From NCBI GenBank assembly GCA_964016885.1, contig OZ024749.1, positions 18,972,001-19,036,000 on the forward strand: a DNA stretch of 64,000 nt, read 5' to 3'. The notes beneath the pieces are model-generated. The model ran no database searches and was not told where the DNA came from. It saw only the letters and a program-made list of their open reading frames with translations. The translations under genes and the position numbers were made by a program. The DNA is from Eledone cirrhosa (taxonomy: Eukaryota). Positions 56,629 to 64,000 of this stretch are shown piece after piece; position 1 is the first letter of the stretch; each line of letters begins with the position of its first letter.

Positions 56629-57859
56629 GTAAGTTACAACTCTTCTTCCCCTTCCTTCTCCTCCTCCTCTTCCTTCTCTTTCTCCTCTCCTCCCCTTCTC
56701 CCCCTCCTCTTCTCCCCCTCCTCTTCTCCCCTTCCCCTTCTCCCCCTCCCCTCTTCTCCCCTTCTCCCCTACCCTATTCTCCTTTTCTTCTCCCCTCTTA
56801 TCCTCTTCCCCTCCTCCTCCTCCTCCTCATTTTCTCATCCTGCCTCCTCTTCTCCTCTTCTCCTCCTCCTCTTCTCCTCCTCCTCCTCCTTTTCTCATCC
56901 TGCCTCCTCTTCTCCTCTTCTCCTCCTCCTCTTATGCCCCCCTCCTCATCTTCCTGCCTCCTCCCCCACCTTTTTTTAAATTTTTTATTTAATGCAGGAC
57001 CTTAAATTTTGACGTCATGTTTTATCGTCATTGTCATCATCATCATAAGCATCATCATTATCATTATCATCATCATCATCATCATTGTCATTGCCATCAT
57101 CATTGTCATGATTAGAAGAAAATAAAAATAAAATGGGACACCCATGGGAGAGAAGAGTAAAATGGGACACACTTGGGAGAGAAGGATAAAATGGGACACA
57201 CTTGGGAGAGAAGGGAAAACCTTAATAGATCAGATTTAGGTTTTGTAGTTCCTGGTGGAGGAACACATCAATTATTGGCCCTCATTTTTCACTACTACTT
57301 CTACCACCACCACCACTACTTCTGCCACTACCACCACCACCACCACTACTACTACTACTACTACCACAGCTACTTCTGCTACTACCACTACTACCACCAC
57401 CACTACTACTACTATTACTTCTACTAAGTATGCACAAACCTACTACTTACAGAGCTTAACTTGAGGTCAGACTTAATGGAACAGACCTATGGTCAAAGGT
57501 TTAACGACAACAACAGTCCACTACAGATATATCTCTCCTTGACCACCAGCAACACCACTATTGTCACCACCACCTCCACCACCACCTCCATCACCACTAC
57601 CATCACCACCACTACCACAAGCAACACTACCAACAACACCACTACAAACCCCATCACCATCATCATCACTACCAACACCATCACCACCACCATCACCACC
57701 ACCACCACCACCACCACTACCACCACCACTACACCACCACTACAACCCACTCCAGAGAGATCTCTCTTCATGACCACCACCACTTGAAAGTCAGGTTATT
57801 TAGTGGAGGTTCTTAAGAGATTGACCTTGAAACACAATAATGGGGGTGTTGGTAGTGGT

Positions 57860-59030
57860 AAGGGTCGTGGTGGTGGTGGTGGTGTTGGTAGTGGTCTTGT
57901 GTAGTAGTAGTAGTAGTAGTGGTCTTGTGTAGTAGTAGTAGTGGTGGTGGTGGTGGTGGTAAAACTGGTGACTCATCCATTAAGGGACCAACTTAAGTGG
58001 AGAGTAACACCCTCCTCTCTGTGCTCTCCACCTCCCCCTCCACCATCAAACTTGTTCCGCCACCACCATCACATCCATCTACACTCCCAACATCATCACC
58101 ACTACCTCTACTACCACCAACACACCACTCCAAACAACCATAAACACCAGCATCATCACTACTATCACCACCACACCACAGCACTAGCATACCACCACCA
58201 CAACCACACTACTATTACACCACCACTATCACACCACCACCACTATCACACTACCACCACTACCACACTACCACCACCACCACCATTACTACACTACCAC
58301 ACCACCACCACCACCACCACACTACCACCACCACCACACTACCACCACCACCACACTACCACCACCACCACCACCACCACACCACCACACTACACACTAC
58401 CACCACCACCACCACCACCACACCACCACACTACACACTACCACCACCACTACCACACCACCACCACCACCACTACCACACTACCACCACCACCACACCA
58501 CCACCACCACCACCACCACCACCACCACCACCACACCCACACCACCACACCACCACAAGTGACCCACTGACCTTACTTTAAGTATTTGGCTGTTACACTG
58601 TTTCATTTCCTTCACAGATCTGGCCTCTCTCTCTCTCTCATTCTCTCTTCCTCTCCTCTTCACCCCCCCCCCCCTCCACTTTCTCTCCCTCTCACTTTAT
58701 CTCCCCCTCCTTGTTTATCTTTCTTTGCTAACCAGTCTTTCATCCACCCACCTACTCTCACCCACCCATCAACCTACTCTCCTCTCACTCACCCACCCAT
58801 CAACCTACTCTCCTCTCACTCACCCACCCATCAACCTACTCTCCTCTCACTCACCCACCCATCAACCTACTCTCCTCTCACTCACCCACCCACCAACCTA
58901 CTCACCCACCCACCAACCTACTCTAACCCACCCACCAACCTACTCTCACTCACCCACCCACCAACCTACTCACCCACCCACCAACCTACTCGCACCCACC
59001 CACCCACCAACCTACTCTCACCCACCCATG
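57860..59030. repeat. (ACC/ACT)n low-complexity tracts and ~32-bp CCACCCATCAACCTACTCTCCTCTCACTCACC minisatellite
   Basis: Direct reading. Confidence 0.85.
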
Positions 59031-59317
59031 CACTACCCTGTATTCTGTCAATCACTCATCATCATCATCATTAGTAACACAGGTTGTTACAGTCTGAAAC
59101 TAGACATATCTGATAATTTAATGCTCATACATTCCATATTTGGACATGTTTACCATGGCTGGATGCCCTTCATCATATAGCCAACCACATTACAGAGAAC
59201 ACAAGCAATCAAGTGACCTCAACTCTGCTGGGTGGTGTGACCTGATTGCTTGTGACTTAAAACAGAATTAAATCTTTAAAACTAGTCTAGGTGTATGTGT
59301 ATTATATAATGTATATA

Positions 59318-59702
59318 CAGTGATACCTGGCAGTACGAGTTTGTTTTATGATTTATTTGATTTACAAATCAATTTTCCCATTGATTATAAATAATCTGTT
59401 CCAGCTCCCCAAAACCACTAAAATAAATTTTTTATGGGTGTTTCTTCCATTAATTATTATAAAAACGCACAAAGCTAAAAAAATCACCACTGGGAAAACG
59501 CAATAGGGATGCTGCCACAACAAGATAAACACATGAACTGAGCGAGCAGAGGCTGAGCTTGTTGGGAGAGTGTGTGTGATCTCCGCGCTAACTAACGGTC
59601 ACTTGTATGAAACTCCCTTGTACTGCGGATTTCTACTTCTGTACTAGCCTTGGCTTGTATACCAAATTACTTGTACAATGGGGCACTTGTACTGTGAGGT
59701 TC

Positions 59703-59707
<5 letters not shown>
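59318..59707. mobile_element. Decayed pogo/Tigger-like MITE
   Basis: TA-CAGTGATACCTGGCAGTACGAGT ... ACTTGTACTGTGAGGTTCTACTA-TA imperfect TIRs. Confidence 0.5.
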
Positions 59708-59739
<32 letters not shown>

Positions 59740-59741
<2 letters not shown>

Positions 59742-60522
59742 GTAATTAGGAATATTCCAAAGCTTGGTAGAACAAGTTGTGAGGAAAGTTATCAACAGAC
59801 GTTAAGGTGACTCAACAGGTTGGTAGGGATTCTGTGGTGGAAACACGAACAAACGAGGAGTGTAATCAAAAAAGAGAAATAGGACTAAGGTAAACAGTTA
59901 CAAAAGGATTTAATCCACGTATTAACAATTGTTTCATCAGAATTTCAGTCCATTATTGCTACACTATGTCATAATAGGCAATCAAGAAAGATACTGTGAC
60001 ATCCGAATTTTCAAAATACAAAGTTGAAATGACCTTAGGAAATGAAATAAGGGGTAGTAGTGTAAAATAGAGGAACAGAGAGAGAGAGGGGGAAAAGAGA
60101 GGGAGAGAGAGAGAGAAAAGGGATGGAGGTAGGAAGAGAAAGAGATAGGGTGGTGTGAGAGGATTTGTATAGAATATAGTTAAGTTACAAGAAGAGAGGG
60201 GGAGGAGGATTGTGTGCTAAAAGTTGTGATGAGTAGAGGGAGAGATAAGGAAGATAGAATTTTAAGCGGCATTTCGAGTGGACAGGCAAAAGTTTTATCA
60301 GAGAATAGGTGAAGGATGAAAGTATTAAATTTCATATATAGTCTATTTTTAGGAGTGTAGAATTGTTATTTAGGGTAGAAAAGTAGTGTTAAGATTTAGT
60401 TGAAGGTTTGAAGTGTGAGAATTTCACTTTCAGTTTATGCTGGCGAAAGATTGACCTTTCAATTTTGTTGTTGAGTAGTTGGTGGCCTGAGCTTAGGATA
60501 TGGAAGAGCTCAGAGTTATTAC
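59740..60522 (-). mobile_element. Extreme 3' end of a Hydra-type PLE with degenerate HHR
   Basis: Minus strand from ~60520 reads NSELFHILSSGHQLLNNKIERSIFRQHKLKVKFSHFKPS, aligning to SQELFEIMKSKDILLNKRQELIISCNHKLRKTFKYYKPN; HHR-like fold at 59919-60019. Confidence 0.7.
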
Positions 60523-61304
60523 ACATATATATATATATATATATATATATTCATTATAACCCAGAAGTTGGAATTCTACACTGGCAGAAACATTTGTGAG
60601 TTTGAGCAATGGAGACTTCTGGTGTCCTTGGCTCTAGGGCTACCTCCCAACTCACCACCATTGGCGCTGGAATGGATTTTCCAGCGCGTCTCCCTCACCA
60701 ACTCTATTCCGACTGCCAGGTCCACTGGGCGGCCAGCACGCAGGCCTCCATTTGCTCATAATAGTGAGTGATGGGAAGATCGGGAGAGATGGAGGCAGTG
60801 ACAGTGGGAGTTTGATTCCTGGTGTATATGTATATATTTACCACATACTCATTTCTGTAATTCAGGAAAGTTTATTTATATGTGTGTAAGTAAATTCTTC
60901 ATTCATTCATAAACCAATGGTAAATTTATATTTTTATTTTATTTTATTTATGTTTTTTAAAATAGCCTTCTCATTTTGTTCTGATTGTGCAAAAAAAAAA
61001 AAGGATAAATAAAATCTAAATTTATTTTTTCGGTCATGTCCTTTTCACTGACAACATACCTAATGATTCTTCCAAGTGCAAAGCATTATATATGCTGACT
61101 GTAATAGGGAGCAGTATGAAAAAAGTCACCACTGTACAAAACTAATAATATTTTTGTCTACATGATTTGTTTTAAACAAACGGCAATAAATATTCTGCTA
61201 TAATTCCTACTTTAGTTAAAATTCAGCAATCAATGGTCAAATATTGTAATTTTAATAAAATACCCGGGAATCACCAGGTAGCTCAGCTAGTGTGTGTGTG
61301 TATG

Positions 61305-61414
<110 letters not shown>

Positions 61415-61443
61415 TATATATATATATATATATATATATGTAT

Positions 61444-61706
<263 letters not shown>

Positions 61707-61965
61707 TATATGTATATATATATTATATATATTATATGTATATATATATTATATGTATATATATATTATATATATATATGTATATATATATTATATGTAT
61801 ATATATATTATATATATATATGTATATATATATTATATGTATATATATATTATATATATATGTATATATATATTATATGTATATATATATTATATATTAT
61901 ATGTATATATATATTATATATTATATGTATATATATATTATATATATATATATGTATATATATAT

Positions 61966-62005
<40 letters not shown>

Positions 62006-62020
62006 TGTATGTATATATAT

Positions 62021-62366
62021 GAGGCACATGGCTTAGTGGTTAGAGCATTGGCCTTGCAATCGAAAGGTTGTGAGTTCAATTCTGAGACCGGGTGATGTGT
62101 TGTTTCCTTGAGCAAGGCACTTTATTTCACATTGCTCCAGTTTACTCAGCTGTAGAAATGAGATGATAGGGACTGGGGTCCCTATCATTCCACTGCAAAG
62201 TGGTCGTGGAGGTGCCACTGCAAAAAAGCACCCAGCACTCACTATAAATGAGGTTGGTGTTAGGAAGGGCATCCAGCTGTAGAAATCAAGCCAGAATCAG
62301 TTCCCGTCCCACCCTTGCAAGCAGGGAAAAGTGGACGTAAAATGAAATGATGATGATGATGATGAT
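62021..62366 (+). mobile_element. tRNA-derived SINE family 1, full length, RTE-type 3' tail
   Basis: A-box TGGCTTAGTGG, B-box GAGTTCAATTC, 3' end CCCGTCCCACCCTTGCAAGCAGGGAAAAG(C/T)GGACGTAAAATG shared with the RTE LINE at 48800-48856. Confidence 0.9.
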
Positions 62367-62608
62367 ATTATATATATATATATATTATATATATTATATA
62401 TATATGTATATATAGAGAAAATTGAGGTTGGTAATGGCTCATGGAATATATAAGAGACAGAATACTTTTTTGTGAGAAAACATGTTTTCTCACAAAAAAG
62501 TATTCTGTCTCTTATATATTCCATGTGCCATTACCAACCTCAATTTTCTCTATAACCTTCGTTTTGTGTAGAAAATTACACTTTTCATATATGTATATAT
62601 ATATATAT

Positions 62609-62645
<37 letters not shown>

Positions 62646-62689
62646 GTATATATATATGTATATATATATATATATATATGTATATGGAA

Positions 62690-63140
62690 AGTTATATTTA
62701 AATTGTTGGGTTACAACGAGTAAATATTTATAACTGATATAAAAGCACTCAACAAGTATTTGGAGTATATTTACGATATTAAATAAATGGAAATTATATT
62801 TATTAAACCATATCTATTTCATTATATATATTTCAGGGATATCATATTAACAATATGTTATGCCTTCTTCAGACAAAATACAATATAGACAGTCTTATAA
62901 ATAAATAGATTCGACATACCTTTCAACATCGACTTGCATTTGAAAAGTTGATTTGGCAAATCAACTTTTCAAATGCAAGTCGATGTTGAAAGGTATGTCG
63001 AATCTATTTATTTATAAGACTGTCTATATTGTATTTTGTCTGAAGAAGGCATAACATATTGTTAATATGATATCCCTGAAATATATATAATGAAATAGAT
63101 ATGGTTTTATAAATATAATTTCCATTTATTTAATATCGTA
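62690..63140. mobile_element. Family D pLTR-like element forming a 369-bp near-perfect palindrome
   Basis: 62772-62955 is the reverse complement of 62957-63140; HHR-like core at 63040-63087 and its mirror. Confidence 0.75.

Positions 63141-64000
<860 letters not shown>

Noticed and set aside
56629-56979. Ser/Pro/Leu-rich continuation of the 206-aa ORF
   Set aside because: Read-through past a consensus GTAAGT donor into a pyrimidine-rich intron
60550-60820. GC-richer island as a possible next CLIP exon
   Set aside because: No ankyrin-like peptide or convincing splice sites; unassigned repeat fragment
62021-62095. tRNA gene (also 52740-52811, 55531-55600)
   Set aside because: A and B boxes present but no full cloverleaf, and the sequence continues into a SINE body

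Overview
Repeat-dominated, AT-rich eukaryotic DNA, most likely an octopod cephalopod (inferred from the SINE and RTE-LINE types and the vast TA microsatellites). Nearly all long YIYI/VCVC/HHH ORFs in the track are microsatellite translations. One host exon is recognisable: the first coding exon of a CLIP3/CLIP4-like gene (56359-56628, +). The rest is retroelements: four Penelope-like element (PLE) copies with coding sequence (three Hydra-type, one Neptune-type), five RTE-LINE copies including a near full-length one, CR1 and other LINE scraps, two tRNA-SINE families, piggyBac, mariner and pogo-like MITEs, and minisatellites. The main signal absent from the ORF track is a dense set of type I hammerhead ribozymes (HHRs): 7 copies with intact core and helix I from 3 families, plus decayed ones from about 5 more. 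Each family has its own palindromic stem III. They occur in a non-coding tandem retrozyme-like array (3098-4418) and in inverted, fold-back pseudo-LTR structures. All calls were made by eye, with no database search or folding software.
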